Shown one piece after another: positions 24,305-37,994 of a stretch of DNA of 64,000 bases. The notes beneath the pieces are model-generated. The model was not told the DNA's origin. It worked only from the letters and a program-made list of their open reading frames with translations, and did not search any database. Numbering within the stretch: the first letter of the stretch is position 1; each line of letters opens with the position of its first letter. The translations under genes and the position numbers were made by a program. The DNA is from Styela clava (lineage: Eukaryota), in NCBI RefSeq assembly GCF_964204865.1, contig NC_135262.1, positions 4,712,001-4,776,000 on the forward strand, written 5' to 3'.

Positions 24305-27300
24305 GTGTATTTTTACTCTACAATTGTAATAATGTCACTTTTTAAAAAGTGCAAAGTTTGTCATACTATAATCACAGATGATGTCAATCATATTTCTTGC
24401 AATCTATGTCTTGAGAGTATTCATTTTGCCTGTTCTAAACTAACCCAAGAAAGGTTCCATTTGTTGATAAATTCTAGCTCACCCTATTATTGTAATCTAT
24501 GCCTAATAAACAGTCTACCTGTAATGGCTGCAATAGAAAACCAATGCTATCCCACCTCAAAATTAAATGATGTAGATGATTGGGCTACCGGATGCGATTA
24601 TATTAATTCGAATGAAGTTGTTGGAAAATTGCTAGAAAATTGCCAAACTACTTTTAATATTCTCCATTTTAATGTAAGGAGCTTACAAAAAAATAGTCTT
24701 CAAATTGAGTATTTAATAGGTCCCAGTAAAAGATTGCCTGACATAATAGGTGTCTCCGAAACCAAACTGGGAGAGGCCTCTCCAGATGTTCCCATTATGG
24801 GATATGATTTTATACGTAAAGATTCCTGTACTAAAGCAGGAGGAGTAGGTTTATATATTCTAGAATGTATCAAATATCACATACGTGTTGATCTTAGCTT
24901 AAATTTAGTGGGATGCGAAGACTTATGGATTGAAATCGATCAGTCTGGACTTAACTGCAATGCCAAAAATCTTATTATTGCAGTCATATATAGGCACCCA
25001 TCATATAAATATGATGTTTTTTTAGATAAATTTATACAAGCTCTAAATTTAGTGAATTCCAGTGGAAATTGTACATATATTATTGGGGATTTTAATGTTG
25101 ATTTGATGAAATATCAATTAGACAATAATGTCACCAGGTATGTGGACAGCATCCACTCTTGTGGTTTTCTATGCGGCATTAACAAACCGACACGCGTAAC
25201 TGAAACAACAGCTACTTTATTAGACCATTTTTATTTCAATAGAGTAGAATATAAAACAATTACTAGTATTATAAAATATGACATTTCTGATCATTTTCCT
25301 GTCCTGGCTCACATACATCTAGCATGCCAGAGGTACCAAATTAAAACACGTAGACGTGACTATAGTAATTATAATCCTGAAAATTTTGTTGACCATTTGA
25401 GTCTTGTAATCGAAAAAGATCTCTCATTTTCCTATGACATCAACAAAAAATTTAATTCACTTTTGAATTTAATAAAGTCTGTGGTAGACCAGCACATTCC
25501 TCTCCAAAGCAATTTAAAGGAATGTAAACTTAAGCTTAAACCCTGGATCTCGAAGGATCTTTACAAGTCCATTAAAACCAAACATAAAATGTATAGTAAG
25601 TGTTGTAAAAGCAAATCTCAAGTAAAGATAAGAGAATATAAAAAATATAGGAATAAATTATATAGGAATCTTGCAAAGGCTAAACAAGAATATTATAAAA
25701 CCGTTCTTTCTAGCTGCCAAAAAGATATGGCAAAAACATGGATTCACATTTGTGAAATAATTGGCAACTCCTCTAAGAAAAACAAGCTGCCATCTCATAT
25801 TATAGTGGATGGTAAGAGAATTACTGATGGAAATGCCATTTGTTGTACACTGAACCAACATTTTTTGGAAGTCGGTCCTAAGCTTGCATCTAAAATAGGT
25901 CCAGCTTTGAATAGTCACATGAATAATCTTGGGCCAAGCGTCAAAGAGTCTTTCTTTCTTCGTAGCACCACCTCACTAGAAATAGAAAAACAAATTGATA
26001 AATTGGATGTTAAAAAAGCTGTAGGCAGCGATGAAATACCTGTAAGACTTTTCAAAACTGCCAAATATGTTTTATCTCCCATTTTATCCAAGCTTTTTAA
26101 TCAAAGTTTTCATGAAAGTGTGTATCCAGATATATTGAAAATAGCCAAAGTAGTGCCACTTCACAAGAAAGGATCCAAGCATGACCCAAACAATTATAGG
26201 CCAATCTCCCTACTGTCACAAATTGCCAAGATATACGAAAAAATTCTGTATAATCGACTAAAATTTTTTTTTTGATAAAATGGGAACTTTGAGTCAATCC
26301 CAGTTTGGTTTCCGGAACAATTACTCCACTGAGTTAGCTATAACTAGGCTTAAAGAAATAATAATAGAAAACAGTGCAAATAATAAGGTCACCTGTGCCA
26401 TATTTTTAGACCTTGCGAAAGCTTTCGATACTGTAAATCATCGTATTCTACTGGAAAAACTATATCATTACGGCATTCGAGGTAAAGCATTTCGTCTGAT
26501 CTCATCATACCTAAGTGGCCGTAAGCAATATGTTGAAAATGGGGAGAATATTTCTGGAATGGGCCTCATTAAATGCGGAGTGCCTCAAGGTTCGACAATA
26601 GGCCCATTGTTATTTCTGTGCTATATAAATGATTTGCCTGCTGCCTCTTCCTTCTTTTCAACCCTATTTGCGGATGACACTTCTCTGTTAAAATCTGCTT
26701 CATGCGCATCTGAACTTCAAACTTCTGTGAATTTCGATCTCCATAAGGTGGACAAGTGGTTGAAAACAAATAAATTATCTCTAAACTATTCCAAAACAAA
26801 ATTTATGCTGTTTTGTAGCAAAAAAAGAGATATTACAACCTTTAGAGTAACCTTAGGCAATAACATAATTGACCGCACCAAAAGTATTAAATATCTTGGG
26901 GTTACAATAGATGACAAATTGAGCTGGAAGGCACATATTGCCGATTTGTCTAAGAAATTATCTCAAACTGTTGGAATATTTTACAGACTCAGGTATATTT
27001 TGAACCCTGAAACACTCAAATTGGTCTACTATAGTTTATTTCACTCGCGATTACAGTATGGTATACTTAGCTGGGGGTCGACAAATAAGTCTCTATTGCA
27101 GCCAATACAAGTTTTGCAAAATAAAATTTTAAGATGTATGGCATTTTCAGAAAAAACTCACATAACCAATTTTCAGCTGTATCGACAGTTTAATATCTTA
27201 CAGCTGTGTGAAATGCATACACTTGAAATAGCCAAGTTCATGCATCGGCATGAAAATGGCCTTGTTCCCATTGCTTTCCAACACTATTTCACTAGGCTAC

Positions 27301-27518
27301 AAGATGTACATAAATACACCACTAGGTCCCAAAAAAATAGGTCATATTTTACCCCTCATGTAGCCACGGAGTTTGAAAAAAGATCACTGAAATATAGCGG
27401 TGTCCAGGTCTGGGGCATTGTACCACCTGACATCAAAAATTGTTCAGCATATACTTTCAATAAAAATATGAAAAAATTCTTGTTATCCAAGTACCCTGAT
27501 CCGTATACTTCTGTTTAA
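24305..27518 (+). CDS. LINE-a ORF2p (PHD finger - apurinic-like endonuclease - reverse transcriptase), one +1 frameshift in a T10 run at 26264-26273
   Basis: APE motifs: FNVRSL, GVSETK, GDFNVD, LLDHF, SDHFPV. RT motifs: NYRPISLL, FLDLAKAFDTVNH, GVPQGS, LFADD, KYLGV. Removing one T fuses 24305-26275 with 26280-27518. Confidence 0.88.
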
Positions 27519-27564
27519 TATACTGTAATTGCCGTTTTATGCTGCTAAAAGTTATTGTGCAATA

Positions 27565-28795
27565 AATGATGAACTGCATATTAATTGCATATCTAGTTGG
27601 GCATACTTAATTGTGGAACACGCATTAATATTCCATTTCTATTTCAAGTATTTATGAATCTTTATGAATGTTGGTGATTGTCAGTGTGTTTCCCAAGCTT
27701 CCATCTCGTAAATTAATTTATTATCCTTTTCATATTGTTAAAATTCACTGTATAAGAAGTGATGAAATGAACATTTAATTGTGGATCATACATTGATACT
27801 CCATTTCTAATTCAAGTATTTATAAATCGTTATGAATGTTGGTAGCCACTATACAGTATTCAGTGATTGTCACTGTGTTTTTTCCATGCTTTCATTTCAT
27901 AAATTAATTTACCTAATAACCTTTTTATATTGTTGAAATTCATTTTGTAACAAATGAACAGCATATATAATTGGGGGCCATACATTAATATTCTAGTTCT
28001 ATTTCAAGTACCCTTGGTGTGAATGTTGTTAGCCTCTTTGTAAATCAATTTATCAACCTATTTACATGTTAAACTAATTATATAATAAGTGATGAACTGC
28101 ATTATCAATAGCATATTTAATTGTGAATCATACATTGATACTCCATTTCTAATTCATATTTTTATAAATCTTTATGAATGTTGGTAGCCACCATACAGTA
28201 TTCAGTGATTGTCACTGTGTTTATCCATGCTTTCATTCCGTAAATTAATTTACCTAATAACCTTTTTATATTGTTAAGATTCATTTTGTAACAAATGAAC
28301 TGCATATATAATTGTGGGCCATACATTAATATTCTAGTTCTCTTTCAAGTACGCTTGGTATGAATATTTGTAAATGTTGTTAGCCTCTTTGTAAATTAAT
28401 TAATTTATTAACCTATTTACATGTTAAACTAATTATATAATAAGTGATGAACTGCATTATCAATAGCATATTTAATTGTGGATCATACATTGATACTCCA
28501 TTTCTAATTCATATTTTTAAAAATCTTTATGAATGTTGGTAGCCACCATACAGTATTCAGTGATTGTCACTGTGTTTTTCCATGCTTTCATTTCGTAAAT
28601 TAATTTACCTAATAACCTTTTTATATTGTTAAACTCATTGTGTAACAAGTGAGCTGTATATTTAATTGTGGATAATACATAAATATTCGAATCCTTATTC
28701 AAGTATGTATAAATACTTATGAATGCTGGTAGCAATTAAACAATATTCATCGATTGTTATTATTTTTCCCCTGCTTCTTCATGTGAACTAATTAA
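27565..28795 (+). repeat. Tandem array of about 7 diverged 150-190 bp monomers arranged as a ~350 bp dimer in the LINE-a 3' UTR
   Basis: Anchor TTGTGGATCATACATTGATACTCCATTTCT at about 27779, 28121 and 28476, alternating with variant anchors at about 27611, 27971, 28312 and 28666. Confidence 0.85.
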
Positions 28796-29323
28796 GGTGC
28801 CAAAAGGAGTCAAATGATACTTTTACGTCATGCACTCCATTACTGAATCTGTGATGATATTATTATTTTCTTGTCCCTATCTTTCAATTTTTGATCTCGG
28901 TCTGTGTCCAATAAAAAAAAAAGCTTTTTTTAAATCTTCGACTGTTTTAATTCTTTCATTGGACATGATCGGTTACATCGGTACATGACCTCTCAAAATC
29001 CTAAATTGCCCTTTGATAACTTTAATAATAATAACTTTAAATTGCCGACTCATTCACTCATTTCTTTATCTTATATATATTTTATTTAATCCCATTTGCA
29101 TTTACCCATGGTACTATATTATGCCATGATAACCTTATATACAGCATTTACAAAAGGGTCGGGAGCCTAGATGACCTTAATCGGTCCTGCACACTGACCC
29201 GCACAAAACAATAATCAATCGCTGTTTATTACTGATGAAATATTTTCTTCATTATATTATTATCTATTATTGTTTATATTAGTGTTGATTTTGTTTTTGT
29301 GGCAATAAATCTCACTCTCTCTC

Positions 29324-30663
29324 TTATAAACAGCCACTCCTGGAATCTGTCTTGCAACGTTCATCGACCTCACCACGTTCCAGCAGGATGATGCTGGGCA
29401 GTATCTGTTGACAGATCTTAAATTCCCACTATGTGTGGAATTTGTATGGCCACCTAAAACATAGATAAATCCCCCACACTCTGCCAAAGAACAATAAGAG
29501 CACACAACCGCGATTTTGTCAATTTTGGTTGATATGTCATTCGTGAGATTATATTTTTCAATCAAGTTATCGCCAACAATATAAGCAAAATCTTTATAAA
29601 CAACGACCTTCAGAAACTGCCTGTGAGAGAATTTAGTGTTTGCCCTTGCTGACCAATTTGTGAATCCATTAACATGAAACGCACATTGATATACTTTTGC
29701 AGAACTCGTAAAAACGAACAAATTTTGTCTCCAAACAACAGCTGTAAAATTGTTAAAGCTATATCTCAATGAATTTGTGGAATTCGTGCTTTTTATATTT
29801 GGTTGGAATGTTCCCATACTCAACTGATTTTTATCGAAAAGTATCAAAGTGTTATTTGCAGCCGGAGCATGCATAGGAATCGCTACTGGTTCCCCTTTGG
29901 TTTTAGAAAACATTAGAATCAGCATTTTCATGTGGTCTGTTGATTCTTGAAAGATCGGATATTTTTCAGACAAATATGTCGCATATTCAGAAGATACTTT
30001 TGAAAGTTGCATCAATTTATCCATTTCGACGATGTACTTTTTACGGTTCTCAGGGTCAGTTTTAATCCATGTTAGAAGCAAAGAAAGTTTAGAATCTTCC
30101 GAGTAAGATATATTGTTCCGTCCAACTAGTATTGAAATATATTCAAAGTCTATCTTATTGAACTCTTCTTGATTTGCCAAGGCTCCGAGATTCAAGAAAG
30201 CGTAATCGTCACAATATTTTTTTAGCGTTGGTTGGTTTAAATTATTCGCGATTCCTCTGATTGGAAAAAATGATTTTGGATTCAACTTATTCTTCAAGGA
30301 CTCAATTATATTGTCACAAAGTACTGACAATTGCATAATGCTGGCAGCATGGAAAAGCTCTTCACATTTTTCCAGAGTAATTGAAGCCTCCCCAGTGTAA
30401 ATGTAATCAATGCAAATTTTCACAGAATCGACATCGACTTCTTTCATATTAACAATTCCTGCGTTGCTTTCTAAATTATCATGAGACAACATCGCATCAA
30501 AATAATCAGAACCAGCGGAGATTATGTTTCTGTGAACCAGGAATTCTTCACTTCCTACTTTGATTGTGAGATCAGAATGACGCTTTTCTTTCCTCATATT
30601 ATCAAGCTTTTTCATCATCGATGTATTGTGTGAATTCTTATCAATACTCAAATTGAATGCCAT
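29324..30663 (-). pseudogene. 5' part (BTB, BACK, first Kelch blades) of subfamily C BTB-Kelch gene, split by a LINE
   Basis: ORF 29260-30663 is KLHL-like up to GVAVY, then runs into antisense LINE tail sequence (KRESEIYCHK...). Confidence 0.88.
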
Positions 30664-31923
30664 AGTTCAAGCTTCACAACCTTTTCGATTATATTTTAAA
30701 TAGGAGATGAAACAAAAATCTGAAAAATGAAAAAAAAATCGTCTATCTGCATATTATAGATGAGAAAGTATAAATCATTTGACTTCATATATTTCAATTC
30801 AAGTTGAATCTGAAAAAACGATATTAATATTGAACCTCAATATATATCGTAGGCTTAATCGTTTCGTGATGCCAAAATTAAACATTTTATTAAACCAACT
30901 ACTCTTTGCATGGTCATAGTAGTCAGTGCAAGCATAGGAACATATTGATCTGGCGTGTCACAGAAAAATAGAGAATGTTCAAAAATATTTTTATGACAGA
31001 CTTTAGTGATATGATATGTATAAGTGTGGTATATATAAATGTAAGAAGTTATATGGCACAATAGGATCTTCAAGGTTTAGTTGTAGTTGTTCTATTACTC
31101 AGATTAATTCAGAGCCCGAAAATGGAATTCAAATATATGGTCAGATCCTACGGCTAGGTATATGAGTATAATGTATCTTTCATCAGCCACAATATACAAT
31201 ATTTCCAGGTTCGAAGACATACCCAGCACTTCAACCTATAATAAAATATACAATAAAACTGAACGATACGAAACACAGGATATCTAGTATTACTACTGTA
31301 TATCATTATCAGTTAGTGGGTTCTTGAATGGAGCCTTGTCCTGAGCTAAGAAGTAACTCATGGAAAAGGCAAACTCCAAATCACGGAATAGAATTCAAAC
31401 TTATATTTGAAACTAAGAACATCATCAAATAATTTAATAATCATAATCATGTGCATATAATTATTGCTGCATAATTTATATAGAAAATAAATTTGAAACA
31501 TAACATCAGTAAGAATATATTGTAAAGTTTAAAGTTATAAGAGTAAATTAATATCGATGAATTTTGATCGGTTCTGATTTCAGGATATGAACGCATGAGC
31601 AACCTCTGCGTATTGTTGAGTTCTTGCTTTAAACAAACTTATATTAAAAAATTTGAAAGTACTATACTACTATACTATACTAACCAGTTTTGTTAATATC
31701 ATCAAATATTCATCAACTGCGGTTAAACACATCCTAAACCTATAAAAATGATTGTTTACAGATTGGAAACCATGTCCGTATAATATTAACACACAACAAA
31801 GATGCATATTTCATATATTTACAGTGGAAGAAAATATCAGAATAAAATGAGAACAAATTAAAAATTACATAAACAAGTTCGACTGATTAATAACGTTTAT
31901 CATACATAGCCTCTACAGTCCAC

Positions 31924-33539
31924 TCAATACTGTGGGATTCTTACTGCAATCGAAGCAGTAGACATAATCTCCATGTCAGTCAAATCAGTCACTTTCTCCC
32001 ACTGATTTTTATTAAGATCGTACTTTTCAATAGAATGAGGTTCAGAAAAATTCCCAACGACAAATAAGTTTTTGTTAACAATACAAAGACTGAATTCAAC
32101 TCTTGGAATTGTCATTGAAGCAAGATTTGTCCAAGTATTATCATCTGGATTAAAGAATTCAGTACTTGATAGAACGGTCTCCCAATACCCACCAGCAACA
32201 TAGATTCGATCATCATATACGGCTGCAGCATGAATTCGTCTGGCAACATTCATTGGTTTCACAGATGACCAAGATCCTACAGGTGGAGAATATTTATCAA
32301 CTCTTTTACCTGCTTCACCACCTCCAATGACATAAATCTCATCTCTAAATGTAACTAATGCACTTTCATTAGCTTCGATACTAGAACACTCAACATTCTT
32401 CCACTTGTTTTCATTGTTATTGTATCTCTCCATTGTGTTATTCCCACAAACATAAACCAAGTTGTTATGAACGGCAGTTCTGATATATTGTCCGTGATCA
32501 TTCATCATACTCTCCGTCTCAGTCCAACTTGAATCGGCTTCCCCTAAATTGACACGATAAACCTTTCTGTCTGTAAAAAAACAAAAACAAATTTCTCTAA
32601 ATAAACTGCAGTGTATTTATCACTCAGCATGTTCTCATTGAGTTGTTTCAACTTATTGAATGTTTCTTCTACTGGGCAGTACACTTGCACAGATTCAGAT
32701 TTTTTATCAAATAGTAATAAACCATCATCTGATAACGGGGTGAACAAAGGAACAGTTACTTTTTCATCCTTAACATTTGATCTATTAGCCAAGTATAATA
32801 ACTTCATGAATTCTGCAGACTTTGAGCAAAAAGAATCATTTCTGACCAAATGGCATCCATAACTAGTTGAAATTTCATCAATTTGGAGCTTCTCAACAGT
32901 TTCTATAAAATACTCTGCTCGGGACTCGGTATCAGCTTTGATCCATTGTAAAAGAACTTTTAGTTTTGAATTCTCTGAATATAATGACCACTTACAGGTG
33001 ATCAAAAACACGACATATTCTTTATCAAGTTTGTTGAATTCCTCTTCTTTTGCTATTGATCCAAGATGGCCGACAGCATATTCATCACATGATTCTTCTA
33101 AACCTTTCAAATTGAACTTTATTGCGAGTTGTCGGATAATGAAGAAAGATTTAGAACCTAAATTTGCTTGGAGAAATTCTGCGATCATTTCACAAAATCT
33201 TGACAATTGCAATATATTCGCAACATGGAGTAGTTGTTCACATTTCTCCAAAGTAAATAAAGCATTTCCAGTGTAAATGTAATCAATGCAAACTTTCACA
33301 GAATAAACATCGACTTCCTTCATATCAACAATTCCTGTGTTGCTTTCCAGATTCTCATGAGACAACATCGCATCAAAATAATCGGAACCGGCTGACATTA
33401 CATTCTTATGAACTGGAAATTCTTCATTTCCAACTTTGATTGTAAAATCAGAAAGTCGCTTTTCTTTCCTCATATCATCAAGCTTTTGCATCATCAAATT
33501 ATTGTGTTTGTTATCTTGAATGCCAAACTCAGCAGACAT
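31924..33539 (-). pseudogene. BTB-BACK-Kelch copy A4, single 1-nt frameshift near 32573
   Basis: ORFs 32544-33539 and 31924-32508 are collinear with A1. CCA (Pro of VLLP) is reduced to CA next to an A6 run, so an assembly error is possible. Confidence 0.8.
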
Positions 33540-34850
33540 TTCGAATTTGTTACAGTAGGCAAAAGTAATGAATTTATTCTTTTTAGATCTAATAAGAAAT
33601 GAATATATTTTTGATTCCTAACTCCACAAAATTATTAAGTACATTTCCTTATTTTATACTGACTCACGGATACAAGGAACAGAAAAATAGAAATTTATAT
33701 TTTAAAAATAATTTAGTCAATTGGAAGATCTTGTACTACTAAGGTAAGTAGATCATTATTACTAATCGGGTTCTTGGCTGGAGCCTTGTTCTAATTTTAA
33801 GATATAAAAGCACCTCATTAAAAGGTAAAATTCAATAAAATATAACAAATAAAATTCCAACTTATATTAAAAATACATGAAATCGCAATGTAAAATACAA
33901 AGTTCTACTGTATGAAATGAACTTTCACCATTATCAGGCAAATATATACAATATTTCTAGGTCTAAAGACATGCCCACTATTTCAACCTATAATAAAATA
34001 CACAATAAAACTGGACGACACCAAACTCTGGATATCCAGTATTACTAGTTTAGTAGATCCTTATCAGTTAGTAGGTTCTTGTATGGAGCCTTTCGCTAAG
34101 AAGCGAAATCAACTCATAAAAAGGCAAAATCCAACTCATGGAATAAAATTTAAAATAAAACTTAATAAGTTCATGACCAAATTCAGAAATCCTTATCATG
34201 TGCATATCGTATTTGCTGCATATATAGAAATAAAACACAAAAATCAGAATAAAAAATTCAATAAAAAAAAGTTTGAAAAAATACAATAGGTTTTAGGTTT
34301 TATAGTTGCTACATATGGAGTATCAGTACCGAGCCATGTACAATATTTTAAGAACACAATGCCCATGTTTACAATTCAGGGTATGAATTTTTGAGGAAAG
34401 GTAAAAATGATTTTCAAACCCATTCTATGGTAAATTGGAGATATGTCCGATTCAAGATATAAACGCATGAGCAAGCTCTGTAAAATTTCGACCGAGAAAA
34501 AATTTGTTTGAGCAAAGGTACATAAGATTTAAACACATGGTATGGTAGTTTTTCCAAAGACAATCTGTTTGAATAATTTTCTCTTCAAGTTGTTTCGCTG
34601 ACAGTGTCAATTTCAATGATATCAAGTCTTGTCCCAATCCCCCCCTTTGTACATATCCGACAGCAGTTGCTAATAAACTATTCTTATGAACTACCGGTAC
34701 CTTAATTGTATTAAAAAATATCAATGCGATATATTAATATCGAATAACCATACAATATGAGAATATCCCTTGAATGAAAACTTGAATGAATTACATTAAC
34801 AAGTCTGACAGTTTTTTGAATGAATAAAATGTACAGACTACAGGATTAGA

Positions 34851-35723
34851 CTAGAACACTCCACATTCTCCCAACTACTTTCATTGTTGTTGTATCGTTC
34901 CATTTTGTTATTCCCACAAACATAAATGAAGTTGTTTTGAACTGCAGCTCTAATATATTGTCCGTGATCATTAATCATACTCTCCATCTCAGTTCAACTT
35001 GATTCAGCTCCCCATACATTGACACAATAAACCCTGCTGTTTGGAAGAAAAACAAAAACAAATTTCTTGAAATTAACTGCAGTGTATTTAACACTCAGCA
35101 TATTTTCATTCAGTTAGTTTAACTTAAACTTATTAAATGTTCTCTCCAGTGAGCTATATACTTGCACATCTGTAGATTTCTCGTCAAAAAGTAATATACC
35201 ATCATATGATAAAGGAAGGGACAATAAAACATTAACTTCGTAATCTTTATCAATTGATTTATTAGCCAATAATTTCATAAACTCTGCAATAATTGGGCAA
35301 AAAGAATCCTTTCTAGCTAAATAAAGTCCATAACTTGGAGTAATTTTGTTAATGTTGAGCTTTTTCACCATTTCGACAAAATGCTCAGCTTGAGACTCAG
35401 TATCAGCTTTGATCCATTGTAAGAGAACCGACAGTTTAGAATCTTCTGAATACAATGACAATCTACAGGTGATCAAAAACATTACATAGTCTTTATCAAG
35501 TTGTTGAATTCCTCTTCTTTTGCTATGGATCCAAGATGGCCGACAGCATATTCATCACACGATTCTACTAAACCTTTTAGATTGAACTTTACTGCGAGTT
35601 GTCGGATAATGAAAAATGATTTGGGTCCTAGATTTGCTTCAAGAAATTCTGCGATCTTCTCACAAAATCTTGATAATTGCATATTACTTGCAACATGGAG
35701 TAGTTGTTCACATTTCTCCAAAG
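34851..35723 (-). pseudogene. Internal fragment of a subfamily A gene (copy A5), truncated at both ends and frameshifted
   Basis: Homology runs from LEKCEQLLH (35723) to ENVECS (about 34851). There is no BTB N-terminus or last Kelch blades; frame breaks occur near 35495 and 35113. Confidence 0.85.
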
Positions 35724-37576
35724 AATGTTCATTAGAAGCATTATAATGGCCCATGATAAAGATACTTTAACCTTAGATGGTGATCTGTTGTATCTAGCAT
35801 AATGAATGTGAAAACCTAATCAAAGAATACAAAAAAAACCCACAAGAGTCAGTGTTTTAGTAAAAAAGTGCCATTGTAAACACAAAGGAATGTTAATTAC
35901 TGTTAATGCTTTTAATGGTACCGAGATTTTTTAAAAGTGTCTACATACAAAAGCCGGATTAGACAATCACGGGCTTCGGTTTCTTCGGTGATATGTATAA
36001 TAGAACAATTGAATAAGTACGAATGGTTATGAGTGCGTAATACATTAAAAAACATCATCTGCTGTGTGTTTTGGAAACTAATACAACACTGGGTAGTCAA
36101 CATATTTAAACAACATGTTCTCATGTGCTTATCAAAATTTTAGCCTGCATAGTAGGGTCAATCAGATTAATTATCTAAAAAACTTAGAAGCTCATAAAAT
36201 GAACTAATGAGGGTGGACAAAAATCTTACTTGAAGAGACAATAGACATAATGAAACTGCTAAATCAGATAATTCAATGTAAGCTATCTGCATTCAAACAC
36301 CTCAAGACAATTTTAATCTTCGATTAATAATTCAAATTATATACCAGAATCAGAAACCCAAACAAAATAAAGTGACTCATGGTGACATTGTGTGATTTAG
36401 TATATACAAACGTCCATATGGAAATGGAAAGATTCATGCAAACATTCAAAATTAAAACTAATCCAAAACATTGAAACCTACGGTAAATGTAATATTGTGA
36501 ATCTTCCCAATATAAGTTTACAATAAATACTAATATTCTCTATTAATAGTTTGTTATTAAGATTAATGTTTAGTTTGATACTGCAGATTTGATTGCCAAT
36601 ATCGCGGGCCGGATTACTCAATATTATTCAATACTATTTCAATAGGTTAACAGTATTTTAATATCTGTAAGAGACAGAAGACAATATACAACGCATTTAT
36701 AAAAGATCATAATGCATTTGTGGAAATACACGAAATGGTATATATATAAAATGTTGTCACGTCCAAAGACATGCCCGCCACTTCAATCATGCTACAATAT
36801 AATTGAACAATACCAAACCGTAAAGATCCAGAACTACTGATGTGGTAGATCAATATTACTTTGTTAGTTCTTGGTTGAAGCCTTGTTGTGAACTAAGATA
36901 TGGAAGTGCCTCATAAAAAGTAAAAGTTAACTCATAGAATAAAATTTAAACCATTATTTGAAACTTCTGGAGATCATCACATAATTTACAGAAATGAAAA
37001 AATCAAGAAATTCTTCAAACAGGAATCAATATTAAATGATAGATATTACGTGTCATGCATTATAAAAATATTGCATAAAAATTTTTAACCACGAAAACAG
37101 ATTTTTCATCTACAGCTGAGGTCGGAAACCTTTGGTCGCTCATTTTATGCACTTAGCATAAAATTTTCTGCATTTTTTGCCATTTGTTTAATTATATTTA
37201 AACTATAATCTTATAAACGAGTAATTGTGCATTTTATTCTTGTTAGATTATAATGTAATTTACCGTAGTCTACACGTGTCTCACAATAAATTATGTTACG
37301 TAAAGAATACAATCGACAGCTCGCCATTGGTTTGTGGCAGCTAAAATGTCAGTCGCCATGGTTTTGGTCAAAGCGGCCATGGTTTGGAAATCTTGCCATG
37401 GTTTTGCGGCAGCCTCAGACGCCACAAAATACTTGAAATTACACTTGTGATTTGAGATTATTCCTGACGAGAATGTCATCAAATTTCAAAAAACTCGCTG
37501 AAGACCATCAAGCTCATCCAGTTCAATAAAAAACTATGAACTATGATTTGTCTTCTTGTTTATTCAGTCTGTAATA

Positions 37577-37983
37577 CAGGGGTTGGCAACCTTTTGTCGC
37601 TCGCGGGCCAAAATTACGGGTCGCAAGTCATTGGCGGCCACACATATTTTTAGAAAGTTGACAACCGAACGGATAATATTCATTGTATCAAAGAATTCCA
37701 TTTCAATATTTTTCGGCACCATCGAACCCTTTGCACTTAGCATCAACTTTTCTGCATGTTTTGCCATTTGTTTAATTATAATTAAAGTGGATGCTCATAA
37801 ACGAGTAAATATGCATTTTATACTGTTATATTATATAATATAATTTAGTCTACGTGTGTCTCACAATAAATTATGTTACGTAAAGAATACAATTGCCAAA
37901 ACAAACGTTTTGTTACTATAATTCAGTGAAGCATCGCGGGCCAGGTTATATTACTCATGTAGGGCTGTAGGTTGCTGACCCTT
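37577..37983. mobile_element. hAT-type MITE immediately 3' of A6; partial duplicate at about 37125-37315
   Basis: Ends CAGGGGTTGGCAACC / GGTTGCTGACCCCT with GCGGGCC subterminal motifs; no clear TSD. Confidence 0.6.
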
Positions 37984-37994
37984 AATCTACAGTC

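Larger units (their letters stand above)
23072..29323 (+). mobile_element. Apparently full-length CR1/L2-group non-LTR retrotransposon (LINE-a) inserted antisense into the C gene
   Basis: ORF1 plus APE/RT ORF2 and a long 3' UTR ending AATAAATCTCACTCTCTCTCT. Host coding sequence resumes on both sides with only TT microhomology. Confidence 0.9.

Noticed and set aside
26261-26282. Programmed ribosomal frameshift at AAATTTTTTTTTTGA in LINE-a ORF2
   Set aside because: The homologous LINE-b ORF2 is continuous here; one extra T in a homopolymer is best explained by slippage or sequencing error.
27565-28795. CRISPR-like or diversity-generating repeat array
   Set aside because: Units are whole diverged tandem monomers without unique spacers, in a eukaryotic context with no cas genes.
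23216-30663. Diversity-generating retroelement (RT next to hypervariable genes)
   Set aside because: Both RTs are APE-type LINE ORF2s with their own ORF1. There is no template/variable repeat pair and no evident adenine-specific variation.
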